64,000 nucleotides of DNA from Amoebophrya sp. A120 (GCA_905178155.1 CAJINV010000002.1:434376-498375), one strand, 5' to 3'. Counted from the first letter of the stretch, positions 12,171 to 23,045 are shown. Notes: generated from the letters alone by a model not told the origin. Program-made: numbers and translations.

Positions 12171-15100
12171 TGGCACAGTTTGCTCGCATATGAACTGCAA
12201 AAGTATCGTACTAGTAGTAATTGCAATACAAATTAGCTCAGCATGACAAATGGAATTTGTCATGCTGTTTTGCCTTGGGGTGGAGATTTGTAATGCATGA
12301 TTGCAATTACTACGAGTACGATACTTTTGCACAGGATATCGCAACAGTTTCTGCTTCAACTCCGTTTCCAAATTGTCGCAATTTTGGTTCTATGAACTGC
12401 AAAAGTATCGTACTAGTATAAATCGCATGACAAAAAATTTCCTCAGAATGGAAAATGGAGTTTGTCATGCTGATTTACCTTGGGAACCTCCAGATTTGTC
12501 ATGCATATCTGCGATTAGTACGGTTACGATGCTTTTGCATTTGATAGGTTCTCCAGTTTTTCTCTTTCCAATTTCTTTTCCCTTTCCAATTCGGAAATTC
12601 TCTCCCGTTCTTGTTTCTCCCGAGCTGTTTCCTCTTGCAGTTCCAACTGCTTTATGCATTGCAAATATGTCTGGGTCTGGAAACTTGTAATGCTGCGTTG
12701 GGAATTATAGTGAGTGCTCTGTAATGCGCAGCCAAGCATGAGAAATATCTGCGTTTCGTTGTGTTGCGTTTTTCGCATGACAAACTGCGTTTTCGCATGA
12801 CAGACAAAAGGGTCTCTTCTTGGACACGCATCACAAACTTTTTGGTCATCCCAGACAAGCATGACAAATCGCGCAATCTTCCAGACCCAGACATTTTTGC
12901 ATTTGATATGCTTTTTATACACTCGTGCCTTCTCCGCCTGAATTTGCAGCAACAACTTCTCCCGAATCCGGCCGAATTTCTGTTGCAGCAGTTGCAGCTC
13001 GGTGTTTGCATTCTCCTCTTCGACTTCCTCCTTTTCGTCCTGATCGATCGTTCGCGGGTCGCGGGTGAGCAGCTGTTTTTTTTTATTTTCATTTGCACAT
13101 TTGTGCCATGCATGACAAATTCAGTTTTTATTGCAAATTTCTGCATGACAGATCAACACATCTTCATCCTCGCTTCAATTTTTCTACCTTGTCCTTGAAA
13201 TTCCCCACTTCCTCTTCCAATTCAGCCTTATGAACTGCAAAAGTATCGTATTCGTATAAATGTAATTACAAATTTCTTCAGCATGAGATAATAAAATTTG
13301 TAATGCTGATTGACCTTAGGAGAAACATTTGTAATGCATGACTGCAATTACTACGAGTAGGATACTTTTGCACAGGATAAGCCTTCTCGGTTTCCATTTC
13401 CTTCAAAATCCCCTTGTATTCCTTGATCTTCTCACTCCTTCGCCTCTCCAACGTGAGCAATTTCTGTTCCTCCTTAAACAGTATGAAATGCAATAGAACT
13501 AACGTACTAGGTAGTACAAATCGCATTACACTGCTTGCATCTACAGCATTTCAAGTGTGTTTATTTATTCATCGTCTTATCTTCATCTTCATCGTCATCT
13601 TGTGGATCGTCGTATTGGAACAAAGGGAAAACCCGTCGGAGAGCGAAAAACCTCAGCGCATATCGCTGGAAAATGTTCGTTTCATATTTTTCAATTTTTC
13701 GTTTTTCACATGAGAATTTTGAGAGCATCTAGTAACGGTTCAAAAAACAGCACGGCGAGATTATGAAAGTCCAAAAATTGTTCTTGCTGTTGCACCCTAC
13801 CGCGACGTACTTTGAGCGGTGCTTCTCGACTCTATGTTCCTGCATCGATGAAGAGATTTTTGCTTTCAAAAATTGAAGAAGTTACGACATTGGGGTCGTC
13901 GGGTTTGAAGATGTTTGTAGTGTGTTTGCGAAAAGTTGCGAAGTGTGCGCCAAGTTGCCGATCTAGCATTACAAATTCGCAAGATCGTCTTCATCTTCAT
14001 CATCTTCATCTCTTCTTCTTCTTTTGATTTCAACGAAAATAAAATAACCATCTTGTCGACAACATCACTTGCATTGCAACATCAAACGTCACAAGCTTCT
14101 GCACGTTACCATCTGCGTGCGTAAAACTTCCAAGACCACTCGCAGATCAGATCAACATCAAACCACTACTCGCGTGTACAGCCGTGCTACGAACAACATC
14201 CGCGTCGGGAAAGTGCAAAAAGCTCCGGGGGTTGAATCGCTGCCCACACTTGCCGGGGAGGTTATATCGCTTGCATGAACATCGTGTTTTACAATCTCAA
14301 ACAAACCCCACTCAGGGCGGTGAGATCGGCAGGTGGTTGAGGTTTCTCCGGAAGCAGGCCCGGATATACCGCGCCCGATCCCCCTGGTTCGCAGGCCACT
14401 GCTGCCCGTTGTTGTCGTTCTGCACTGCTGCGTTTTTCCGGTCGTCGTGGATGCGGCCGAGGATGGTAGTCAGACGCGCCACAGTGAGGGTTTGGAGCTT
14501 CTCCACGATGCTGTCGTTCCCCGCCGCGGCGAAATGGGAGTCGTTTCGCGCCGCAGGAGACATAATCGAGAAAATCCATCCTTTCTGGTAGTCATCGTCC
14601 ACATTCCCGGCACCCCAGTGCACGTCAACGCCGTCAATCCGCTGCACGATGGGTGCGCCGTTGATACCTGCTTGGGGGGCAGGCTGTAGGTTTTGGTTTG
14701 CGGCGGGGGCTCCACCAGCACCACCTCCTGCTGCGCCACCTCCTGCGCCAACACCTCCTGCTCCAAAACCTCCTGCTCCACCACCTCCTGCTCCACCACC
14801 TGCGCCTCCGGCAACACCTGCACCTCCACCAGCCCCTCCACCAGCGAATCCCTGTTGTTGCTGAAACGGGCCTTGTTGCTGGAAAGGAGCTTGCTGCTGG
14901 AACGGGCCTTGTTGCTGGAACGGGGGCTGTTGCTGGAAGGGAAATTGTTGCTGAAACGGAGCGGCTTGTTGCTGGAACGGAACTTGTTGTTGGAAAGGAC
15001 CAGGTTGCGGGAACTGCTGCTGGAGAGGAAACTGCTGTTGCTGGTTGTACTGCGGGAAGGGTTGGTTTTGGTACTGGGCGGGGTACTGCGGAACGGGTTG

Positions 15101-18100
15101 ATTTTGGTATTGGGCATGGGGGTGCATCATGTTGTGATTGTGCATGTAGTTCGGCATCATGTGTTGATTCGGGTTCTGGTAGTACATCTGGGCGTTGGGG
15201 GGTCCAAACTGTGCCGGCATGTTTGCATAATTCGGGACACCCTGGCTGAACATCATCGTGTTGATCTGCTGCTGCTGGTTCTGTTGTTGCTGTTGCATCT
15301 GCTGCAACAGCCTTAGCACCTCGGAACTTTCTTCCTTCTCTTTGTTCGCAACAACATCGGGTTTGTTCAGACCATAGACTGACGCCAGACCGTCCGAAAT
15401 CGCCTTCCCCATGTACACCCCCTTCCGCTCTTCCGCTTCCCGCGCCTTCTTCTCCTGCTCCTTTTCTTTGGCTTCGCGGACCAACCGCTCAAGCTCAAGA
15501 ATGCGACACTCCTCACGCACGTGTTCGTCGCGTCCCTTGCCGGGCTTCAGGAGTTCGTGGTCTTTCGGTGCCATCTTGGATCTCAGTCGTGCGTCGTTGT
15601 TGTTTGCGTTGTTCTTTTTGTTACGATGTGGAAGAAGATAGTCTAGCTCATAAGTTGCCTCAAAGGTTTTTGGTGCTACTACGCATGCCTTGATCAATGC
15701 GATTAGGAGGTTGAAAACTCGAGACCGTTCAAACAAAACCTTGCGGCTGCATCGGATTATTGTCAAAATTGTCTGTAGTCGAAAGCCTCGCTGTTGCCAC
15801 TGTTTCAGATCGTGAAAGACATGGAGGGCCGTCAATACATCTGTGGAACTCATTCGCTTGGGATCTTCTGTGTCATCGGTGTTTTTCTTTTGGAGGAATT
15901 TGGCAGTGATTGCTTGCGCGATGTTGTTGAACCTGCTGAAGAAAACTGAGCGGTAGTACTCTACGTCGGTCATGTCCCGAAACCGCGCGCCTAGCGGCTT
16001 AAGGACTGGCCTCGTGCTTACTTCGACACGTGACCCGGGCCCCGTGCTCTCTATGTCTGTGGCAAGGTTTAGCCACCTCATTGACAGCGGTATTGCCTTG
16101 CTGCGGATCATTCTGTCGTCGCTCGTTGCTTGCTCCAGGATTCTGTCGACTTCTACTTCTACCCCGTCGTAGATGTCCTCGACAATTTCGGCGAGGCAGG
16201 GTCGGCAGAAGCAGGTCGTTAAGTTCGCGGAATCATCGACGAAACGCTCCATCGCTAACTCGCTCGGCTTTACTTTCCCGGTTCGGAAGGCGTGGTCCTC
16301 TGCTGCTGTCATCGCGACGGAGCAGGCAGCTTTGGACGGTATCCCGCCGATCGGTGTGCCCTTTTCCGGGTCCTGTCGCAGAACCAAGGCGCTGCCGAGT
16401 GTGCTGAATCTCAGCGCTGTGATGTTGAACAGTAAAAATTCCAAGTTCTCCGCTTCTTCGTGTTCGCACCTTGGTAGCGTCTTGATGTAATCAATTCTGT
16501 CGCGCATCAGCTGGACCCTGACACGCTCGAAAAAGACTACGGCATCGACTACCAGGCCCGTGGCGTCCGGTTTCTCTGTTCCACACCGCACGCACTTGCC
16601 TGTGCACTTTTTCAACTTTTGCGCCTTTGCCTGGAACGAACTTGCCGCCTCGGTCAGCGAGCAATTCTCTTTGCCTTTCGTCAGCACCTTCTTCAGCGTC
16701 TTCTCCACTTGCTGCACGCACTTGCGCTGCGTCGCCCGGTTTCGTCCTGTGATGGCCCGCACCTGGGAAACTATTTTGCGAAAAAGTTTCTCCTCCGGCA
16801 CATCTTTGAAAATGACGGCGCTGTCGTTCTGCACCACCAAGTTCTTGCCCTTCGGCAGGATGTACACGTAGGCCAGTTGCGTCATCTCCCCGAGTTTGTG
16901 TTCCTTCCGTCGCCCCTCGGCACTGTTCCACTGCTGGATCAAGCTGTTTACCGCTTTCAGCGCTTCCGCCTCTGTCATCGGCACGACTTCAAGATTTTTC
17001 TCGCGGAGGATAATCCGGCAACACATTTGCTGGTAGAGATACCTGTCGACGAAAAGACCCAACTCTTTCCACTTGTCCACCTGCACCAACACCCGCCCCG
17101 CTTGTAACTGTTTCTGTGCGTGCTCTTCTGCTTCTCGCAGCGGGTGCGCTTCTTGCTCTCGCCTGTACTGCTTCCGGCTCTGCTTTACTTGCACTCGCTT
17201 GTTGCATGCTCTCTGCAACAGCCGCGTTTGCGTTGCTACGTGCTTCACGGACTCCGGTCCGGGTGGTAGTGGGTCGGTCAGATCAAACGGGGCCGCTTCC
17301 ATTTTTACCTCCTTGAAGTTCACTGCTTGGCTTACGCTGGTGATCGCCTTGGCCGCGCCTACTGCTGTTCGCGTGTAGTAGCGCATCCGTGGGGCCATTA
17401 CCCTTCGCAGCGTGATCTTCTCGGCCAGGTATGTGCGGATTCGTGGGCGTGATTCCGCCAGGATTGCGCCCCGGACCTTTGCGAGCTCCTGTCGCTCCCA
17501 GCGGTACCGCCACACTGCTACAATGCAGGCGCGACTTGGTGCGCCCCTGCTGTTCAGCAGTATGTTGACTTTGCTGCGTGCGCGGAGCTTTTCCTTGCCC
17601 AGCACGATGCTGCCGCCCTCGACTATCTCCCGCAGGTCGTACTCTGGGAACTCGCTGCGTCGGTGGAGAAGGAAGAGGAGCCGCACCACCTTCGTGTACT
17701 TCATGCCCAAAAACTTTGCGAGCAAGAAGTAGTTCGGCTGTGCGTAGATGTTGAGCGGGCCCTCCGTTCGTCTCTCCGTTTGCGTTTTCGTGTACAGCTC
17801 GTGGTAGCTGCTTGCTGTGTCGTCTTTGCTCCGGAACTTCTGTTCGTAGTACTGGAGAAGCCAGGTTGTCGCCGGCCCTTCCAGTTCTACGCGTCTCTGC
17901 CACTGCGGGGGGCGCCGTCGTTGTCGTGTTTTTGCTTTTTGTTCTGTCGCCCGGCTTCCCGCGGTAAGCCTCTCTAGCCACTCCGACTCGTCGCGGCCTT
18001 CTTCTTCTGTCCCGCCTTCGCCTTTTTCGTAGATGCCCGTCTTGTTTAGTGGCGGCTGGAAGATTCTTACAAGGGCGGCCTCCGTCTTCCGCGCGTCCCT

Positions 18101-20063
18101 TACGTCAGCGCAGATTCTGATGGCCAGGATGCAGACAATGGCGCGCCGGTACTTTTCCGGCTTCCACCCTGACTGCCTCGTGCCCCGCTGGTGTTCTTCG
18201 AAACGGCGCCGGAGGTCATCGGTTGACCCGATGTAGTAGCTGCCACAGTGGTCCCAATATGCGTAGACCACGCCGTGTAGCTTCTGCAGTTTGCGGTCTT
18301 TCTGCTCTTGTTTTTCTTGCCTGTTTTTCTCGGACACGTGCCGCGCTGCCTCCTGCAATTGCTCAAAGAAGGGGAATTCCGAAGGGTCGAACAGCTTCGA
18401 GTATTCCCGCAGCCTTTTGTTGATCTTCTTCGCCCACTGTGCTCGCTTCCATGGCTTTGCGCCAATCTGTCCCGCAGCAGCTCCGAGTACTTTTATGCGA
18501 TCGATTGCTGTCTGCTGTCCTTGTTCTAGTGAAAGCGGCATTTCTTCCGCGACGGTTTCCACTGCGTTGTAGATGGTGAAGGTGGAGAAGATGGCGAATA
18601 CGTAGAAGAAGAAGACGCGGGTGGCAGTCGGTCGGCTTCTGCTCCGTTGCCCACGACTTTTTACTTCTGTCTCCGTGCTTCTACTTGTTTGTTTTTGTTG
18701 CTGCATTTTTGTCGAGGTATTTCTAACCCGGCACGCCGTTCAGTTCCTTGCTGGATCCGCGGAAGGTGTCGGCGTACTACTCTGCTTGCATCTACAGCAT
18801 TTCAAGTGTGTTTATTTATTCATCGTCTTATCTTCATCTTCATCGTCATCTTGTGGATCGTCGTATTGGAACAAAGGGAAAACCCGTCGGAGAGCGAAAA
18901 ACCTCAGCGCATATCGCTGGAAAATGTTCGTTTCATATTTTTCAATTTTTCGTTTTTCACATGAGAATTTTGAGAGCATCTAGTAACGGTTCATTACAAT
19001 TTTTTCAGCGTGACGAATGACACCTGTAATGCTGATTCACCTGGGGAAATAGATTTGTCATGCACGCCTGCGATTAGTAGGAGTACGATGTTTTTGCATT
19101 AGATAAACAGCGTCAAGTCCAACGTTCCGTTCAGCGCCGTCCACGATTTCGAATTTTTCAGCGTATCCTGTGCAAAAGTATCGCACTCGTACTAATCGCA
19201 GTCATGCATTACAAATCTTTTTCTTGAGGTAGATCCGCATTACAAATTCAATTTGTATTGCTGGGCTAATTTGTATTGCAATTTATACGTAGTACGATGC
19301 TTATTTTGCGGTGCATACACCGTTTCCTTCGCTAGTTTCTCCTTCCAAAAAGCGATTTCTTTCACTATTTTCTCATTCTCCTGCTTCATGATCGCTACCG
19401 CCTGCTTCCGGTTGTTGTATGCATTGCAAAATTACAGTATCGCACTCGTATAAATGCATTACAAATTTCCTCAGCATGAGAGTTCAAATTTGTAAGGCGG
19501 ATTTGCCTTAACAAAGAGATTTGTAATGCATGATTGCAATACGAGTACGATACTTTTCCACAGGATATGTTGTCTTCTTTGTCCATGTCGAGTTCCAGTT
19601 GCTTCAGGTCCTGTTGCGCGTTTGTCACCTGGCGGGTCTTCTCTCCGAGTAACGCGAAGGATTTGGAGACCAGAGACCACTTGGCCAAAACGAAGTTTTC
19701 GGCTTTGCTGTTTGTTGCGGAAGCGGTGGCTTCCCGCGATTCGGTGATGGCGTCAATGTCGATTTGACGGTTTTGCTGTTGTATGCATTGCAAAAGCATC
19801 GTACTAGTATAAAATGCATTGCAAATTTTTTTAAGAAAAACAATTTGTCATGCTATTTCAGGTAGAAAGTTGGATTTGTCATGGTGCATATCTGCAATTA
19901 GTACGAGTACGATACTTTTGCACAGGATATGTTGTAAAGTAGATTCGGTCGTGGAGCTGGCTGTTGCGGTGGCTGTTTGCGAAATAGCTTTCGCGAAAAA
20001 CAGAAAGTGGGATGAGCAAAGAGCCGCTACGGTGGGAAAAAACACCGCCATCTTTTTCGTCAT
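12160..20063 (-). CDS. Putative secreted coiled-coil protein (signal peptide, E/K/Q/L-rich)
   Basis: MTKKMAVFFPTVAALCSSHFLFFAKA... to ...KQKLLRANCAIDA*. Frame restored by removing 8 introners (one containing the 5.46-kb retroelement) and a probable GT-AG intron at ~13073-13187. Confidence 0.78.
12189..12338. mobile_element. Introner family B (TIR core TGCAAAAGTATCGTACT)
   Basis: TSD TCGCA; empty site visible in paralogous copies (~24090 and ~25745: tttgctcgcaccagtttc). Confidence 0.93.
12391..12546. mobile_element. Introner family B
   Basis: TSD GGTTC. Confidence 0.92.
12653..12908. mobile_element. Introner family A
   Basis: TSD TGCTT; empty site caactgctttttat at ~24241 and ~22671. Confidence 0.93.
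13229..13379. mobile_element. Introner family B
   Basis: TSD AGCCT. Confidence 0.92.
13531..13742 (-). repeat. 3' terminal direct repeat (pseudo-LTR) of retroelement
   Basis: Appears identical to 18782-18993; AATAAATAAA about 30 nt from its 3' end on the minus strand. Confidence 0.93.
14312..18706 (-). CDS. GIY-YIG endonuclease - reverse transcriptase polyprotein with C-terminal Q/P/F- and Gly-rich region
   Basis: GVVYAYWDHCGSYYIGSTDDLRRRFEEH...E...LN (GIY-YIG); RT motifs VVDAVVFFE, GTPIGGIPS, RFVDD; intronless 1464 aa. Confidence 0.88.
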   Translation of the reverse strand: MQQQKQTSRSTETEVKSRGQRSRSRPTATRVFFFYVFAIFSTFTIYNAVETVAEEMPLSLEQGQQTAIDRIKVLGAAAGQIGAKPWKRAQWAKKINKRLREYSKLFDPSEFPFFEQLQEAARHVSEKNRQEKQEQKDRKLQKLHGVVYAYWDHCGSYYIGSTDDLRRRFEEHQRGTRQSGWKPEKYRRAIVCILAIRICADVRDARKTEAALVRIFQPPLNKTGIYEKGEGGTEEEGRDESEWLERLTAGSRATEQKAKTRQRRRPPQWQRRVELEGPATTWLLQYYEQKFRSKDDTASSYHELYTKTQTERRTEGPLNIYAQPNYFLLAKFLGMKYTKVVRLLFLLHRRSEFPEYDLREIVEGGSIVLGKEKLRARSKVNILLNSRGAPSRACIVAVWRYRWERQELAKVRGAILAESRPRIRTYLAEKITLRRVMAPRMRYYTRTAVGAAKAITSVSQAVNFKEVKMEAAPFDLTDPLPPGPESVKHVATQTRLLQRACNKRVQVKQSRKQYRREQEAHPLREAEEHAQKQLQAGRVLVQVDKWKELGLFVDRYLYQQMCCRIILREKNLEVVPMTEAEALKAVNSLIQQWNSAEGRRKEHKLGEMTQLAYVYILPKGKNLVVQNDSAVIFKDVPEEKLFRKIVSQVRAITGRNRATQRKCVQQVEKTLKKVLTKGKENCSLTEAASSFQAKAQKLKKCTGKCVRCGTEKPDATGLVVDAVVFFERVRVQLMRDRIDYIKTLPRCEHEEAENLEFLLFNITALRFSTLGSALVLRQDPEKGTPIGGIPSKAACSVAMTAAEDHAFRTGKVKPSELAMERFVDDSANLTTCFCRPCLAEIVEDIYDGVEVEVDRILEQATSDDRMIRSKAIPLSMRWLNLATDIESTGPGSRVEVSTRPVLKPLGARFRDMTDVEYYRSVFFSRFNNIAQAITAKFLQKKNTDDTEDPKRMSSTDVLTALHVFHDLKQWQQRGFRLQTILTIIRCSRKVLFERSRVFNLLIALIKACVVAPKTFEATYELDYLLPHRNKKNNANNNDARLRSKMAPKDHELLKPGKGRDEHVREECRILELERLVREAKEKEQEKKAREAEERKGVYMGKAISDGLASVYGLNKPDVVANKEKEESSEVLRLLQQMQQQQQNQQQQINTMMFSQGVPNYANMPAQFGPPNAQMYYQNPNQHMMPNYMHNHNMMHPHAQYQNQPVPQYPAQYQNQPFPQYNQQQQFPLQQQFPQPGPFQQQVPFQQQAAPFQQQFPFQQQPPFQQQGPFQQQAPFQQQGPFQQQQGFAGGGAGGGAGVAGGAGGGAGGGGAGGFGAGGVGAGGGAAGGGAGGAPAANQNLQPAPQAGINGAPIVQRIDGVDVHWGAGNVDDDYQKGWIFSIMSPAARNDSHFAAAGNDSIVEKLQTLTVARLTTILGRIHDDRKNAAVQNDNNGQQWPANQGDRARYIRACFRRNLNHLPISPP
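18782..18993 (-). repeat. 5' terminal direct repeat (pseudo-LTR) of retroelement
   Basis: Copy of 13531-13742. Confidence 0.93.
19164..19317. mobile_element. Introner family B
   Basis: TSD CAGCG/CACCG (1 mismatch). Confidence 0.88.
19418..19567. mobile_element. Introner family B
   Basis: TSD TGTTG. Confidence 0.92.
19782..19929. mobile_element. Introner family B
   Basis: TSD TGTTG. Confidence 0.92.
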
Positions 20064-20559
20064 GATTATGCTGCGCACCATCCTGACGCGCGAGCAGGGG
20101 CTGCTTGGGGTGCAACCGCCTGCTGCAGGGCGTAGGAGGTGCGCGAGGTGCGGGGAAAAGTTCTGGGACGCCGAGCCTGTGGAGAGAGCAGGAGCTGTGA
20201 CGAGATTGGACGAGCATGAGTAGGTTTGTGTGTAGTTCAGATAGATGCTCATATACTTCCTTGTCTCCGTTTCATCTTCGTGCAGCCTAGACACCTTCGC
20301 ACGCCTACAAGGAATAGAACACTACATCGCACGGCTGCGAGGGTGGAGCTTGTCATGCCTCTCGACACCGCGGAAAGCAACGCTAGTGGCATTCTATCCA
20401 GACGGGCGCCAATAGATAGCGCTACCGGACCGACCCCAAACAAGGAAACCTTTGGAGGGAGCCATCACGCAGAAGGCCGGACACCAGTTCCTGCGCCTAA
20501 CCGGGCTCACACAACACCCACCCACAGAAGCAAACAATGGGACTGGGGGGGGCAACACG

Positions 20560-21910
20560 ACGGCCACAAGATAGAGAGCCCACGCGCCCGGCCAGGTGGG
20601 TCACCACAACCTCACGGGCGCCCACACCTGCCCAAGCAAAGGGAACGCAGGCACGCCAGAAGTTAATGACCCCACGCCCTAGGCCCTAGTCAGGATGGGA
20701 AAAGAAACACGGCGCCACATCGGCCTGCCGGTACACAGAGCCGCGCCGGCTCCGCAGCTAGGCCCCCCGAATAACCGGCGCTGTCCAGCGCGCCCGCATG
20801 GCGCCGCGCTGGCTCGCCGACAGGCCCACGCACCCACGCGCGGGCGCGGGCGGCCCACGGCGGGAGCACTGCCAACCAACAGCAGGGGCAAACGGGGCGC
20901 CAGGATAGGGCCGGCAAAACCCAAGCACGGGCGGACGGCAAGAAACAAGCAACGGGGGCCGGCGCGCGGTGCTGTTCCGAGGCCGCCAAGCCCGCCCGCC
21001 CTGCGTTCCTCCCTCGGATACATACTGCGGCGCGAGAACTCATTTTCGCGAATGGCACAGCTTGCTAGGCACCCCAAAGACGAAGCCCTTTAGAGTTAAA
21101 AGGGCGCGCCGCCTGGTATCCACGACCGCGTCGCGCCAGCTCCAAAGAAATAGGACCACGCCCCAGGCAGGTACTTTCGCGCCCGGCCGCCCCCGCTTCG
21201 CTGCTGGCGATATTGATCTCCGCCGGCGGCTTCAGACGCCCGCCAGGGGGTCCCCGCCGCGTCGTCCTGCGCACATACACAAAAGGGAAAGACTTTGGCG
21301 GCGGGGGCAAAACGTTATACCACTGCGCCACTTTGTTCTCGAGGTTACAAACGTGCCCACGAAGACAGAGCAGCCTGCCCCCCCGAACATAACGCAACGA
21401 CCTGGGTGACCGGGTGGACCCGCGCCACCAACATGGCCTCAACATCGTTCAAACGGTTGCAGACGTCAAAATAAAGCTACGGCCACGGCGGACGGCCGGG
21501 CCAAAATAAAAGGGCCCACCCAAACAAGGCCCCGGCCGTGGTTCCTGGGCTCCACGCCGCTGCGCCTGCGTGCCTGCCCAAAGGGAGGCCGGCTCCGCCT
21601 GCCCCTCCCCCGCTCTAGGTTGGGCGGCACTACACAGGCACAGGCCGGGGCCACCGGCGGGCCACCTCACGGGTGAAGTTCATCTCTCCGCTGTTCATCT
21701 CAATGCCGGCCGCGTGGCGCTTCGCGTTCGCCGCGGTCTGTCGCGGCCGTGCCAGCGGCCCGACTAATCCGCCACAAAGAAAGGGACGGGGGCGCCCGCA
21801 ACCTGTCCGGCCTACGTACACGCGGGCAGCGGAAGCGCGGCCGCGCACTCGATGCAACTGTCAGCAAATTGGTAAGCGAAGTCGCAGCTGCTAGCTCCTG
21901 CCGCCCACCG
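20560..21910. other. GC-rich intergenic island 1
   Basis: Abrupt rise in GC/CpG content with short A/T tracts; no credible protein. Confidence 0.7.
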
Positions 21911-22358
21911 ACAGCCTCACTGCCCTCTCACTTACACTCAGACATCAGGAAGAGAACAAAACGAAAACCGTAGTCGCTTCGATGAAATAATTCGTTGTTG
22001 TGGTGACCTTGAAAGGCACACAAGTACAGTCGCAGCGCGAGGAGAGATGTGGATATCAATATCCCCGAATGGATTTATGTTTTACAAGCGAGCGGAAAAA
22101 AGAAAACCCTCAAAGTTGCAGCTTTCGGTTCTACGCCAGGTCGTTCGTCTCGGAAAAAAGAAAAACCTCTAACAAAAAATTCTTCAAAATCTTGTTCCTC
22201 CCAACAACACTGAATCACCACTCAGTGATCTCAATCTTCCCAAACATCAGCCCATCTCCCCTTCACGGCATCGTCGAACCTCCTCCCATCGTTCCCACGA
22301 CACCGCCCGACGCGGCAGTTCCAGCACTTGGCGTTGTAACAGCTCCCGCTTGCAGTTC

Positions 22359-22665
22359 TGTGGGAGTGTCAGGTTTGAAATCGCTAAAGTTGAAATAGTT
22401 TGTGATGCATGAAATGCAAGCCGCAAAATGCTTGTCTTGCTGAGTAGGCAAGGGAGCCAGATTGTAGGCCTGTTGATGGGTAGCAATAGAGCTGCTAAAG
22501 TAGCATGACAAAAGGCGTCTTCCTTGCCCAAACAGCATGACAAACTGGGTTTCGGCTCTTCCCAAATTTGTCATGCGCCACTTGGAAACTGGACACCAAC
22601 GGGCATCCACTTTATGCATGGCAAATCATTTCAACTTTGTCGATTTCAATCCTGACAGTTCCATA
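22359..22665. mobile_element. Introner family C
   Basis: TGTGGGAGTGTCAGG...CCTGACAGTTCCATA, TSD AGTTC. Confidence 0.88.
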
Positions 22666-22775
22666 AGTTCCAACTGCTTTTTATCCACTCGTCCCTTCTC
22701 CGCCTGAATTTGCAGCAACAACTTCTCCCGAATCCGGCCGAATTTGTGTTGCAGTAGTTGCAACTCGGTGTTGGT

Positions 22776-23045
22776 TATCAAACGAAAATATGTCTGGGTC
22801 TGGAAGATTCCGTGACTTGTGTTTGTGATGCAGATTTTCCATGACCCATGTCGGGTCTCGAATGCCGGACCTAGCATGACAGATTCTGTGAGATCCCTAT
22901 CAGGCCTATCCTGCATGAGAAACTTCCTCTTAACTTGGTCAAAAGTGAACATCTTATGGCATTCATGCAACACAAATTTTTGCACGATTCAGAATTAGCA
23001 TTACAAGTTGCAACCTTTCAGACCCCGACATATTTGCAATGCATA
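22776..23045. mobile_element. Introner family A (degenerate TSD)
   Basis: TTGGT/TTTGC flanks; empty site ctcggtgtttgcattctcc at ~12998. Confidence 0.85.

Larger units (their letters stand above)
13531..18993 (-). mobile_element. Intact GIY-YIG/RT retroelement (Penelope-like, N-terminal endonuclease) with terminal direct repeats
   Basis: 212-bp direct repeats at both ends, flanking 5-bp TTACA duplication (13526-13530 / 18994-18998), single long ORF. Confidence 0.88.
13482..19105. mobile_element. Introner family B split by nested retroelement
   Basis: TATGAAATGC...GCATTAGATA, TSD AACAG. The halves 13482-13530 and 18999-19105 sum to 156 bp, a normal family B size. Removal gives LDLTL-FKEEQ in frame. 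Confidence 0.88.

Noticed and set aside
12189-13379. Regularly recurring ~30-bp repeats resembling a CRISPR array
   Set aside because: Repeats are inverted pairs with 5-bp TSDs separated by in-frame exons; no cas genes; eukaryotic context.
13531-13742. Hammerhead ribozyme in the terminal repeat
   Set aside because: No CTGANGA...GAAA core found by eye; needs an Infernal search to exclude variants.
13531-18993. Classification as an LTR or DIRS retrotransposon
   Set aside because: No gag zinc knuckle, protease, RNase H, integrase or tyrosine recombinase seen; no PBS or PPT; ends TG...AG; GIY-YIG present.
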